A stretch of 64,000 nucleotides of DNA, from contig JAPDFW010000096.1 of the NCBI GenBank assembly GCA_028826165.1, forward strand, positions 1-64,000, in the 5' to 3' direction. The stretch comes from Anaeramoeba ignava BMAN. Its lineage: Eukaryota > Protista > Anaeramoebae. Of the stretch, positions 38,387 through 51,544 are shown piece after piece. The position numbers and the translations under genes were made by a program. The notes under the pieces are model-generated. The model did not search any database and was not told where the DNA came from. It was given only the letters and a program-made list of their open reading frames with translations. Position 1 is the first letter of the stretch. Each line of letters starts with the position of its first letter.

Positions 38387-38640
38387 TTTTTTCAAACAAA
38401 CAAAACAATTAAAAATTAAAAATTAAAAATTAAAAAATGATTAATTTTTTTTCTGTTTATTTTTTTTAAAATTGAAAAAAAAAATTTTATTTGCCATCTT
38501 TTCAAAATTTGTAAATTCTGTTATAGATTTTATAAGTAAATTTGCAAGAAATTTGTTGACCTTTACATATTCAATTTATATCTTTGCAAGTTCTTGTTTA
38601 TTGGTCTTTTCAATAACAAACAAACAAACAAACAAAATTT

Positions 38641-41600
38641 TCAAAGAAAAAAAGAAAAGAAAAAAAAAGAAAAAGAAAAAAGAAAAAAAGAGGAAATGTG
38701 AATTTTTGAGCCATTTGAAGAAGGAATAGGATTAGGATTGTGTTCTAAACAATAATTTTGGGTATCTTTTTCATCTGGATAATGAATTTTTTGAATTTCT
38801 TTAATTCCATTTTTGTTCCTAATCCAAGATTCAATTTCTCTTGAATTTTCTTGAACTTTAATAATTCTTGTTCCTTTTTTTTTTTAAATGATTTAATAAT
38901 TTAATAATTTAATAATTTAATATTTTAATAATTTAATAATTTAATAATTTAATAATTTAATAATTTAATAATTAAATATTTTGATAATTCAATAATTAAA
39001 TAATTTAATAATTTGGATAATTTAATATTTTAATATTTTAATATTTTAATATTTTAATAATTAAATATTTTAATAATTTAACAATTTAATAATTTAATAA
39101 TTTAATAATTTAATAATTTAATAATTTAATAATTTAATAATTTAATAATTTAATAATTTAATAATTTGATAATTTAATAATTTAATAATTTAATAATTTA
39201 ATAATTTAATAATTAAATAATTTAATAATTTAATGATTTAATAATTTAATAATTTAATAATTTAAATTTAAATAATTTAATAATTTAATAATTTAATAAT
39301 TTAATAATTTAATAATTTAATAATTTAATAATTTAATAATTTAATAATTTAATAATTTAATAATTTAATATTTTAATAATTTAATAATTTAATAATTTAA
39401 TAATTTAATATTTTAATAATTTAATAATTTAATAATTTAATATTTTAAACAAATAATTAAATAATTTAATAATTTAATAATTAAATAATTTAATAATTTA
39501 ATAATTTAATAATTTAATAATTTAATAATTTAATAATTTTAATAATTTAATAATTTAATAATTTAATAATTTAATAATTTAATAATTTTAAATTTAATAA
39601 TTTAATAATTTTAATATTTTAATAATTTAATTTTATTTTAATAATTTAATAATTTAATAATTTAATAATTTAATAATTTAATAATTTAATATTTTAATAT
39701 TTTTAATATTTTAATAATTTTAAATTTTAATTTAAATATTTTAATATTTTAATAATTTAATAATTTAATAATTTAATAATTTAATAATTTAATATTTTAA
39801 TAATTAAATATTTTAATAATTTAATAATTTAATAATTTAATAATTTAATAATTTAATAATTTAATAATTTAATATTTTAATAATTAAATATTTTAATAAT
39901 TTAATAATTTAATAATTTGGATATTTTAATAATTTAATAATTTAATAATTCAATAATTTGATAATTTAATAATTTAATAATTTAATAATAATTCAAACAA
40001 ACCTTGTACTGTTGGAAGTTCTGGTTCATAACACCCAAAACCAGATTTTCTTCCATAAGCAAGATAAATTCCATTATAATTTCCAATAAAATCATTTTTG
40101 TGATCATGTCCAACAAAAACTCCATAAACATCACCTTGTTCAAGAAATGTTTGATAAAGTCCTGTATTTTGTGACCAACAACAAGTTGTTTCTTCTTTGA
40201 ATCCTTTTGTTTTAATTTCAAAATATAAATCAATTTAATAAATATATTTTATAAATATTAAATTATTTCCAAAACTTACCATAACAGATATTATTATTCC
40301 AAACATCCAAGTATTCAGGAAGTGGGATATGAAAAAATGCTAAAGCAGGAATTGTTCTATTATTCTTTTCTTTCAAATAATTTGAGATATTCTTATACCA
40401 TTCAATTTGATTATGAAAAACGCAACCCCAACCAAGAACACCTTCACAATCTGAATCACCTATTTATTCAATTAAAAAAGAAATTATTTTTATTTGAATT
40501 GAATTTAGTTTAAATCGATTTTGATTTGATTTAATTTGAATTGAATTGATTTTGATTTGATTTGATTTAATTTTGATTTTGATTTAAATTGATTTGATTT
40601 GATTTTGATTTTGATTTTGATTTTGATTTAGATTTAATTTGATTTGATTTTGATTTAGATTTATATTTTGAATTTGATTTAATTTAATTTTAATTTTGAT
40701 TTGATTTGATTTTGATTTGATTTTGATTTTGATTTTGATTTGATTTGATTTTGATTTGAATTGATTTTGATTTGATTTAATTTGATTTATATTTTGATTT
40801 TGATTTTTAATTTAATTTAATTTAATTTGATTTGATTTGATTTAATTTGATTTCGATTTGATGTGTTTTGATTTTAAAAACCTGTATCAAAAAAATAAAG
40901 AATTAATTGAGTTTCATTTGAATCTGAACCAAGAACTTCAAGATAATAATTAGAAACTCCATGAATATTTTCTGGTCCTTTTTGTGAATAACTGTATTCA
41001 TATTCCATATCCATTGTGATCAATTTATCAAGTAAATAAAACCTAATTAAATAAAGAAAACAAAAATAGATTTAAATATGAAAATAAGAATGAAGAAAAC
41101 TAAAAATCAAACTCTGTATAATCATGATTTCCAAAAGTAACAGCATAATTTTTTTGATAAAAATTTGTAAAATAAACTGCTCTTTGCCAAGCCACTATAG
41201 GAATTTGACAAAAAACTGCAAGAATATCTCCTATTTTAAAACATAAATTAAAACATAAATTAAAACATAAATTAAAACATAAATTAAAACATAAATAAAA
41301 ACATAAAAATAAAATATAAATAAAAAAATGGCAAATAAAAAAAATAGCAAATAAATGAAAAAAAATTTTTTTTTTTTTGGGAAAATAAGATTAAAATTTA
41401 TTTGCTATATTTGCTAAAAAATAAACTCTATTTTTCAATCCTTTTACAAATCTTATTTACCATTCTTCTTTTAAAATTAAAAAGAAGAAAATAATAAAAA
41501 CTAAAATAATAATAAAATAATAAAATACCTGTAAAAACAACGAAATCTGTATTTTCTCCTTCAGTTTCGAAATAGGTTTGTTGAGCTAAATCTGATTGAA

Positions 41601-41751
41601 CATCTTCTGGAAAATAACCCCCATAATGTAAATCAGTTAATTGCATAATTTGGAATGTTCCATCTTTTCTAAATCTAAGTGGTTCCTTTGCAAAACTGTA
41701 TTGGAAAATCAAAAAGCTAAACAAAATAAAACCAAAAAATTTTTCAAACAT
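38641..41751 (-). CDS. Dcr2/PAP29-like metallophosphoesterase (copy B) with C-terminal GPI-signal-like tail
   Basis: Same exon structure. The last exon extends to ..QNYCLEHNPNPIPSSNGSKIHISSFFLFSFSFFFFSFFL* (TGA at 38641). Confidence 0.85.
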
Positions 41752-42500
41752 TTTTTAAAATCAAAAAAAAAAAAATTTTTTCAAATGAAAAAAAAAAATG
41801 TTTGGATTGAAAATTTTCTTTTAAATTAGATTTGAAATTTTTTTTTTTTTTTTTGACTTTTTTGCCATGATCTTTCTATTTTATTTTTTATTCATTCCAT
41901 TTTAAATTTTGCCATTTTCTTTTATAAAAAAAAATTTGGGAAAATGATCTCAAAAATATCATTTAGAAAATTAATTTGAAATTGATATTAAAATTGACAT
42001 TGAAATTGAAAATTAATTTGAAATTGAAATTGAAATTGGCATTGAAAGATCAAAAAAAATATAACTGTTTTTTGTTATTTTGTTTTTGGAAATTATGATG
42101 AGTTTTTCTTTAGGGGGTTTTGAATTAATTAAAAAATTGTTATTGATCAATTTTTTTTATTCTTCTTTTTGAAATTTTTTTTTTTGAGAATAAAATTTCC
42201 TCAAATTGATTTTGATTTTAATTTTAATTTTAATATTAATTTTAATTTTGATTTTAATTTTAATTTTAATTTAAATTTTAATTTTAATTATTAATTTTAA
42301 TTTTAATTTTGATTTTAATTTAAATTTTGATTTTAATTTTAATTTTAATTTTAATTTTAATTTTAATTTTAATTTTAATTTTAATTTTGATTTTAATTTT
42401 AATTTTAATTTTAATTTTGATTTTAATTTTAATTTTAATTTTAATTTTAATTTTAATTTTAATTTTAATTTAAATTTTAATTTTAATTTTAATTTTAATT

Positions 42501-44357
42501 TTAATTTTTATTTTGATTTTGATTATTAAATTTATTAATTAATAAATCAAATAAATTTGGATTTGTTTGATTTAATTGAAAATAATCAATTCCAATTTGA
42601 ATTTCATCAATTATTTCTTGTGTAATTTGAATTTCATCTTTAATTTGATTTGAATAAATCCAATATTCAAATATTTGAAATGATTTATTACTTAATTCAC
42701 TATAATCTGTAACTTTATTAGATTTATCTTCAGTTACAGATAAAAACATTCCTCGATATAATTCACTTCTCATTATTAATATTAATTTTGGAAATTTATA
42801 TTGTTTTTCTTTTCTTTCAATTATAAAATCTTTTTCATTTTCATTTTCATTTTCATTTAAATAAATTCTTTTAATTGTTTCTTCAATTTTTTCATTTGAA
42901 TTTATAATTTCTTTAATTTCAGAATATAATTTTGGATTTATTATTCTGTTTGAATAAATCATTTCAAATATTTGATTTGATTCTTTAATTGATTTTTTTG
43001 AAATAATTTCTTGAAGTTTTTCAATTTGATTTTGATTTTCATTTAATCTATATTTCAATATTAATTTATGAGCTTCAATTATTTCTCCATTTTCTGTTTT
43101 AAATGAAATATCACAAAATTCTTTTCTTTCAAATAATTTTATCAAATCTTCTTCAAGATTTGAAAAAGAAGGAGAAGAATAATAAAGAAATGAATTATAA
43201 TATCCACAAGAAATATGATAATTGGAAATATCTTCATTAAATCTTAATTTAGGAAGTTCAATTTGAATTGGAATTGATTGATATGTTGTATTTCCAGTTC
43301 CTAATTGACCAAAGAAATTATAACCAAATCCTATTAATTTTGATTTGGATGTTAAAATCAAAGTATGTATACCACCAACAGAAATTTCAAGAATATTATC
43401 ATCATTTTCAAATAAAGATGATTTAATTTCAGTAAATTCATAAGTATTTCTAATTCCGTTTTTGCCAAGTCCATTATATCTATAATCTCCACATGAATAA
43501 AGTTTTCTTTTTGGATTTTGATTTTGATTTTCATTTTCAATTAACATTAGTGAATGAGAATATCCACATTGAATATCAATTATTTTGCCTTTTGGAATAT
43601 TTTGGATTTTGGTTAATTTATGGATTTTTGTTTCTTCTCTTCTTGATTTTCCTAATCCAACTTGACTATAATTGTTATATCCGCATCCAAATAATTCTTG
43701 ATTTGAATTTAAAAGAAAAATAAAATCTGAAGAATTTCCTGAAAATATTTTAGAAACATTTTTCATTATTAAAATTGGTTTTTCTGTTTTATAAAGTGTT
43801 TTAGAATCTAAACCAAGTTGACAATATTGATTTGAACCAATTCCATAAGCATTTTGATTTGAAGTTAATAAATAAATTGATTTAGCTCCAGAAATAATAT
43901 CTCGAATTATTCTATCATTTGTATCTTCAATTAATGATGAAATATTGATAAATTCATTTGGATTTCCTGAATTAATATCTTTTCCTTTTGCAAATACATT
44001 TCCTTCTATTGTTAAAATAGCTTCATTTTGATAACCAACAGTTACTTTTTGAATATTTTCTTCAATTTGGATTTTTACAAGATTTTGATTTGAATCATTT
44101 TTATTTAAATATTCTATTGCTTTTTCATTTTCAAAAAGGAAAATTGTTGAAAATAAACTTGATGAAATTTGTTTAATTTGTTTTTCATTTTCATTTTCAT
44201 TTTCATTTTCATTTTCATTTTCATTTTCATTTTCATTTTCATTTTCATTTTCATTTTCATTTTCAAATTTAAATTGAATTGGTTTTGTTATTTTTTCTGG
44301 TTTATTTTTGATAAGTTTTGATTCTTGATTTCTTCCAAAAAATAAAATTTCATTCAT
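42501..44357 (-). CDS. RCC1-repeat + BTB/POZ protein (copy 4)
   Basis: Intact ORF; true start MNEILFF at 44357 by comparison with paralogs. Confidence 0.9.
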   Translation of the reverse strand: MNEILFFGRNQESKLIKNKPEKITKPIQFKFENENENENENENENENENENENENENEKQIKQISSSLFSTIFLFENEKAIEYLNKNDSNQNLVKIQIEENIQKVTVGYQNEAILTIEGNVFAKGKDINSGNPNEFINISSLIEDTNDRIIRDIISGAKSIYLLTSNQNAYGIGSNQYCQLGLDSKTLYKTEKPILIMKNVSKIFSGNSSDFIFLLNSNQELFGCGYNNYSQVGLGKSRREETKIHKLTKIQNIPKGKIIDIQCGYSHSLMLIENENQNQNPKRKLYSCGDYRYNGLGKNGIRNTYEFTEIKSSLFENDDNILEISVGGIHTLILTSKSKLIGFGYNFFGQLGTGNTTYQSIPIQIELPKLRFNEDISNYHISCGYYNSFLYYSSPSFSNLEEDLIKLFERKEFCDISFKTENGEIIEAHKLILKYRLNENQNQIEKLQEIISKKSIKESNQIFEMIYSNRIINPKLYSEIKEIINSNEKIEETIKRIYLNENENENEKDFIIERKEKQYKFPKLILIMRSELYRGMFLSVTEDKSNKVTDYSELSNKSFQIFEYWIYSNQIKDEIQITQEIIDEIQIGIDYFQLNQTNPNLFDLLINKFNNQNQNKN

Positions 44358-44601
44358 TTTCTTTTTTTTATTTTTTATTTTTTTTAATTTTTTGAAAAGA
44401 AAAAAATGAAAAAAATAATTTTGGAATTTTCTGTTCAAAAACCAAAAAATTTTTTCAAACAAAACAAAACAAATCAAAACAAATCAAAACAAAACAAATC
44501 AATCCAAATCAAATCAAATCAATTCAATTCAAATCAAATCAAATTTAAAAAAGGAAATGAATTAATTTGATTTAGGTTTTTTTAAAATATGAAAGAAGAA
44601 T

Positions 44602-46537
44602 TTAATTTGGACAAATATTTTGAATTTCATTTGAATTTGGATAATGAATTTCTTGTGTTTCAATTTCTCCATCTTTATTTCTAATATAAGTTTGAATTTC
44701 TCTTAAATTTTCTTCAACTCGAATAATTCTTGTTCCTTTTTATTATTTCAAATTTTAATTTAAATTTAAATTAATTTTTTGATTTTGTTTTGTTTTAATT
44801 TAAATAAACAAACCTTGAACTTTTGGAAGTTTAGGTTGATAAGATCCAAAACCTGATTTTCTTCCATAAGCAAGATAAATCCCATTATAATTTCCAATAA
44901 AATCATTTTCATGATCATGTCCAACAAAAACTCCATAAACATCTCCTTGTTCAAGAAATGTTTGATAAAGTCCTGTATTTTTTGACCAATAACTAATATC
45001 CTCTTCTTTAACACCTTTTAATTTTGAATTTGATTTTAATTTTGATTTTGATTTTGAATTTGATTTTAATTTTGATTTTGATTTTGATTTTGATTTTAAT
45101 TTTGATTTTGATTTTGATTTTGTGTTTAATTTTGATTTTGAATTTAATTTTGATTTTGATTTTAATTTTGATTTTGATTTTTATTTTGATTTTGTGTTTA
45201 ATTTTGATTTTGAATTTAATTTTTATTTTTATAAATTTACCATAACAAGTATTATTATTCCAAACATCCATGTATTCAGGAAGTGGGATATGAAAAAATG
45301 CTAAAGCAGGAATTGTTCTATTATTCTTTTCTTTCAAATAATTTGAAATATTCTTATACCATTCAATTTGATCAGGATAAACACAACTCCAACCAAGAAC
45401 ACCTTCACAATCTGAATCACCTATTTATTCAATATTATTTTAATATTCAATATTATTTTTTAATATTTTAATTGTAAAAACCTGTATCAAAAAAATAAAG
45501 AATTAATTTAGTTTCATTTGAATCTGAACCAAGAACTTCAAGATAATAATTAGAAACTCCATGAATATTTTCTGGTCCTTTTTGTGAATAACTGTATTCA
45601 TGTTTCATATCTAATTCAATAAAAGTATTTTCAGGAGAATAAAACCTTTTTAATTAAAAATTAAAAATTAAATTAAATTAAATTAAAATCAAAAAATTTG
45701 AATAACAATTCCAAAAAATAAATCAAACCCTGCATAATCATGATTTCCAAAAACAACACTATATTTCTTTTGATAAAAATTTGCAAAATAAACTGCTCTT
45801 TCCCAACCTATCATTGGTACTTCAGCATAAAAAGCAAGTAAATCACCTATTTTAATTTCAATTTAATTCCAATTTAATTTATTTATTCCAATTCATTTAT
45901 TCCAATTTATTTCAATTTATTTATTTCAATTTATTTATTTAAATTTATTTATTCCAATTTATTTATTTCAATTTATTTATTCCAATTTAATTTCAATTTA
46001 TTTATTTCAATTTATTTATTCCAATTTATTTATTTTTAATTTATTTATTTAAATTTATTTATTTAAATTTATTTATTTCAATTTATTTATTCTAATTTAT
46101 TTATTTCAATTTATTTATTTCAATTTATTTATTCCAATTTATTTATTCCAATTTATTTATTTTAATTTATTTATTTAAATTTATTTATTTCAATTTATTT
46201 ATTTAAATTTATTTATTCCAATTTATTTATTTCAATTTATTTATTTTAATTTATTTATTCCAATTTATTTATTTTTAATCCAAAATTAAATTAAAAATTA
46301 ATAAAAAAATTACCAGAAAAAACAACAAAATCAGTATTTAATCCTTCAGTTTGAAAATAAGTTTCTTGAGCTAAATCTGATTTTATATCGTTTGGGAAAA
46401 TAACCCCCATAATGTAAATCAGTTAATTGCATAATTTGGAATGTTCCATCACTTCTAAACCTTAATGGTTCTTTTGCTAAAATATTTTCAATTATTAAAA
46501 AACAAAAAAAAACAAAACTAACTTGATTTATATTCAT
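44602..46537 (-). CDS. Dcr2/PAP29-like metallophosphoesterase (copy C), 1-nt frameshift near 46395
   Basis: Same motifs and exons; reads TTTGGGAAAA where copy E reads TTTGGAAAA. Confidence 0.8.
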
Positions 46538-47281
46538 TTTTTAAACTCAAAATCAAAAATCAAAAATCAAAAATCAAAAAAATTTTTTAAATGAAAAAAA
46601 AGAAATGATTAAAATTTTTTTCGTTTTTATATTCCAATTTTAAACCAAAAAAATTTAAATTTTTATTATTTTTTATTTGATTTTAAATCTAATTTCTTTC
46701 AATATCATTTTCAATTTCATTTTTCTGGCAAATAACTAAAAAAAAATTTTATTTTTTCTTTCTTTTTTGATCTAAATTACCATCTTGATCCAAAAATTAT
46801 AACAATAAATAATTAAAAAGAAATTAAAAGGAAATTAAGAGAAAGTCAATTACTTTTATTTATTATTTTTTATTTTTAGGGGTTTTCGATCAATTAAAAA
46901 TTTTTTATTATTGATCAAATTTATTATTTAATTTAAATTTTTATTTATTTATTTTTTAATCCAAATCATTTTATTTTCTGTTAATAAAACAAAATAAAAT
47001 TAAATCTTTTTTCAATTTTTTAATCCAAAAAAAAAAACAAAAAATGATAAAAATTTCGTTTCTTTTTTTTTGGGGTTTTAATTTTAATTTTAATTTTGAT
47101 TTTTAATTTGATTTTTATTTTAATTTTAATTTTGATTTTAATTTTGATTTTGATTTTGATTTTAATTTTGATTTTAATTTTGATTTTGATTTTGGTTTTG
47201 ATTTTGATTTTAATTTTGATTTTGATTTTAATTTTGATTTTGATTTTGATTTTGATTTTGATTTTGATTTTGATTTTGATT

Positions 47282-48911
47282 TTAAATGAAATAAGTTTCA
47301 ACTTCATCAACAACCCATGAATTAAAAGAACCAGCTAAATAACTTTCCGATTCCTTTGTTCTATACTTAATTCCATTAGGAATATTGTAACTCCGACCCA
47401 TATTTGAATAACCAGGTTGTAAATCAGCATTCAAAGCAATATCTGGTCCATTGATTCCCCCTCTTCCAAATCTTGGGCCCTGATTTGGATGGGAAAAAAG
47501 AGCATAATTTTCTTCATCTTTTTGAATTGAAAATTTTTGCGGTTTTCTATCTCCTTTATCATTTCTTAATGAAAAAATAAATGCATTTGAATCATTAATG
47601 ATTTTTCCATTTGCATTTTTAAATCCAACTTGAGTAAAACCTCCAAAAATAAAATTATCTGTTGTTTTGATAATAACTAATGTTTTTCCTTTCCCATCAA
47701 CTGCTTTATGCCAATTTTGAGAATCAAATCCATCTCTTTTTGCTGAAAATCCTTTTTTCATTTTAGAAAAAAAATCATTATCATTTATCCATTCTTGTAA
47801 TTTCTTAACATATTCAATATCTTGAACAATTTCTGAATCTGAAAATTGAGGAAAATTCTTTCTTAATTCAAATCCGTTGATCATAAATTTCATTTTTTCC
47901 AATTCTCTTTTCAGATTTTCGTTTTCCAATTTAATTTTTTCAAATTCTTCATCTTTTTTCTCAACCATTGTTTCCAATTTATCTTCACTCTCTTTTTCTT
48001 TATCTTCACTCTCTTTTTCTTTATCTTCACTCTCTTTTTCTTGGTTTTCAACAACTCTTTGTGGTTGATTAAATAAAAAAGAATTTGAAAGAAAAAAGTC
48101 GAAATATTCTTGTTTTGAAATTGAATCTTTATCAAATAATGAAAAAAAAGAATGAAATAATCTTTCTTTTTCATAATCTTTTTCTTTCTCTCGTGTTAAT
48201 CTTTCATTTCTTTTTTCAATCCAATTATTTAAAAATTGAAAAAAATCAAATTGAAAAATTTCTTTTTTTTCTTGTTTAAATTGAATAAATTTGATAATTT
48301 CTTCTTTAGTTAAATTGAATAAATTCTCATTATTCTGAATTTGGGAAAAATTTTGATTTATTAATTCAAAACATTTTATTTCAATTTCATTTGAATTTAA
48401 ATTTCGATTTTGGAATAAAAATTGGAAAAAATTTGAATAATTAATTGAATTTGGAATTTTTTTTTGAATAATTTCTTTCAATAAATTTAATTTAAAATAA
48501 ATTGAAATTTCCAATAATTGGAGAAGATTTTCTTGATTCTCAAAAGAAATATTTCCATAATAAATATATTTCAAAATTGATTCCATTTCTTTTTTATTAA
48601 ATTGATTTAAAAAAATAGAATGAAAATCATTTTCTGCTCTTAAAAACTCATTAAAAAAAGGAGATCTTGAAGATAAAATTGATTTATGAACTTTAATTTC
48701 AAAAGGATTTGATTTATTCTCAACAAAAATTGAAAAATCTTTAAATGAATTTCCATTTAAAAGGTTTGAATAATCTTTAATTAAATTTTTTGTTACTTTT
48801 TTTTCTAAATTTTTCATTTTCATTTTGATTTTCAATTTGATTTTCAATTTGATTTTCAATTTGAATTTCATTTTCATTTTGATTGTTGTTATTATTATTA
48901 TTATTATCCAT
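47282..48911 (-). CDS. BTB + TLDc domain protein
   Basis: BTB (DFSIFV..VHKSILSSRSPFF) and TLDc (FSAKRDGF..FIFGGFT..GPRFG..VDEVETY). Probable start is MDNNN at 48911 with a 1-nt indel near 48812, otherwise the ATG at 48823. Confidence 0.85.
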
Positions 48912-49261
48912 TTTTGTTTTTTGGTTTTTAAAAAAAAAGGAAAAATGAAAAAAAATTTAAAAATGAAAAAGTGGATTTTGAAAATAAATAAAAATATAAA
49001 AATAAGAATAAATTTAAATTAATAATTAATTTAATTTTCTTTTTAATTTATTATTTTAAATTAATTTATTAATAAATTATTATTATTTTTATTAATTTTT
49101 ATTATTAAAAAGGAAAATTATTTTAATTTAATTTTTAATTTAATTTTTGAATTTAAAAATTATTAATAAATTTAAATTTTAAAACAATTTTCCAAATTAA
49201 TATTAATTCAATTTAATTCAAAAAGATAAAATTTTTAATTTCAAAAATCAATTTTCAAAAT

Positions 49262-49645
49262 ATTTTTAAATAATAAAATATTTAAATCTAAAACAATAAA
49301 TTATTATTTTAAACATAAAATTAAATATTAAATTATATTTTTAAATTAATTTATAAATTAAATATTAAATTAAACCTATTCTTATTTTTATATTTATATG
49401 TTAAATATTTAAATAATAAAATATTTAAATATAAAACAATAAATTATTATTTTAAACATAAAATTAAATATTAAATTATATTTTTAAATTAATTTATAAA
49501 TTAAATATTAAATTATATCTATTCTTATTTTTTATATTTATATGTTAAATATTTAAATAATAAAATATTTAAATATAAAACATTAAATTATTATTTTAAT
49601 AATAAAATTAATTATTAAATTAAATATTAAATTATATCTATTCTC
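49262..49645. repeat. Dispersed short copy (~2.5 units) of the 10758-14590 satellite
   Basis: AAATAATAAAATATTTAAATCTAAAACAATAAATTATTATTTT..ATTCTTATTTTTATATTTATATGTTAAAT matches the satellite unit. Confidence 0.85.
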
Positions 49646-49655
49646 ATTTTCTTTA

Positions 49656-51434
49656 TTAATTTTGATTATTAAATTTATTAATTAATAAATCAAATAAATT
49701 TGGATTTGTTTGATTTAATTGAAAATAATCAATTCCAATTTGAATTTCATCAATTATTTCTTGTGTAATTTGAATTTCATCTTTAATTTGATTTGAATAA
49801 ATCCAATATTCAAATATTTGAAATGATTTATTACTTAATTCACTATAATCTGTAACTTTATTAGAAGTATCATTTGTTACAGATAAAAACATTCCTCGAT
49901 ATAATTCACTTCTCATTATTAATATTAATTTTGGAAATTTATATTGTTTTTCTTTTCTTTCAATTATAAAATCTTTTTCATTTTCATTTTCATTTTCATT
50001 TAAATAAATTCTTTTCATTGTTTCTTCTATTTTTTCATTTGAATTTATAATTTCTTTAATTTCAGAATATAATTTTGGATTTATTATTCTGTTTGAATAA
50101 ATCATTTCAAATATTTGATTTGATTCTTTAATTGATTTTTTTGAAATAATTTCTTGAAGTTTTTCAATTTCATTTTGATTTTCATTTAATCTATATTTCA
50201 ATATTAATTTATGAGCTGAAATTATTTCTCCATTTTTGGTTTTAAATGAAATATCACAAAATTCTTTTCTTTCAAATAATTTTATCAAATCTTCTTCAAG
50301 ATTGGAAAAAGAAGGAGAATAATAATAAAGAAATGAATTATAATATCCACAAGAAATATGATAATTGGAAATATCTTCATTAAATCTTAATTTAGGAAGT
50401 TCAATTTGAATTGGAATTGATTGATATGTTGTATTTCCAGTTCCTAATTGACCAAAGAAATTATAACCAAATCCTATTAATTTTGATTTGGATGTTAAAA
50501 TCAAAGTATGTATACCACCAACAGAAATTTCAAGAATATTATCATCATTTTCAAATAAAGATGATTTGATTTCAGTAAATTCATAAGTATTTTCATTTTT
50601 GCCAAGTCCATTATATCTATAATCTCCACATGAATAAAGTTTTCTTTTTGGATTTTGATTTTGATTTTCATTTTCAATTAACATTAGTGAATGAGCGTAT
50701 CCAGATTGAATATCAATTATTTTGCCTTTTGGAATATTTTGGATTTTGGTTAATTTATGGATTTTTGTTTCTTCTCTTCTTGATTTTCCTAATCCAACTT
50801 GACTATATTCATTATATCCGCATCCAAATAATTCTTGATTTGAATTTAAAAGAAAAACATGATTTGAAGAATTTCCTGAAAATATTTTAGAAACATTTTT
50901 CATCATTAAAATTGGTTTTTCTGTTTTTGGAAGTGTTTCAGAATCAAAACCAAGTTGATCATATTCATTTGAACCAATTCCATAAGCATTTTGATTTGAA
51001 GTTAATAAATAAATTGATTTAGCTCCAGAAATAATATCTCGAATTATTCTATCATTTGTATCTTCAATTAATGATGAAATATTGATAAATTCATTTGGAT
51101 TTTTTGGATTAATATCTTTTCCTTTGGCAAATACATTTCCTTCTATTGTTAAAATAGCTTCATTTTGATAACCAACAGTTACTTTTTGAATATTTTCTTC
51201 AATTTGGATTTTTTCAGGATTTTGATTTAAATATTTTTCATATAAATATTCTATTGCTTTTCCATTTTTAAAAAAGAAAATTGTTGAAAATAAACTTGAT
51301 GAAATTTGTTTAATTTGATTTTCATTTTCATTTTCATTTTCAAATTTAAATTGAATTGGTTTTTTTATTTCATTTGATTCATTTTTGAAAAGTTTTGGTG
51401 AATAATTTGAACCAAAAAATAAACAATCATTCAT
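49656..51434 (-). CDS. RCC1-repeat + BTB/POZ protein (copy 5)
   Basis: Intact 592-aa ORF. Confidence 0.9.
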   Translation of the reverse strand: MNDCLFFGSNYSPKLFKNESNEIKKPIQFKFENENENENQIKQISSSLFSTIFFFKNGKAIEYLYEKYLNQNPEKIQIEENIQKVTVGYQNEAILTIEGNVFAKGKDINPKNPNEFINISSLIEDTNDRIIRDIISGAKSIYLLTSNQNAYGIGSNEYDQLGFDSETLPKTEKPILMMKNVSKIFSGNSSNHVFLLNSNQELFGCGYNEYSQVGLGKSRREETKIHKLTKIQNIPKGKIIDIQSGYAHSLMLIENENQNQNPKRKLYSCGDYRYNGLGKNENTYEFTEIKSSLFENDDNILEISVGGIHTLILTSKSKLIGFGYNFFGQLGTGNTTYQSIPIQIELPKLRFNEDISNYHISCGYYNSFLYYYSPSFSNLEEDLIKLFERKEFCDISFKTKNGEIISAHKLILKYRLNENQNEIEKLQEIISKKSIKESNQIFEMIYSNRIINPKLYSEIKEIINSNEKIEETMKRIYLNENENENEKDFIIERKEKQYKFPKLILIMRSELYRGMFLSVTNDTSNKVTDYSELSNKSFQIFEYWIYSNQIKDEIQITQEIIDEIQIGIDYFQLNQTNPNLFDLLINKFNNQN

Positions 51435-51544
51435 TTTGTTTTTTTTATTTTTTAATTTTTTTTAATTTTTTGAAAAGAAAAAAATGAAAAAAAAATTTTG
51501 AAGTTAAAATTGAAGTTGAAAATGTTTTGAATTTTGAATCAATT

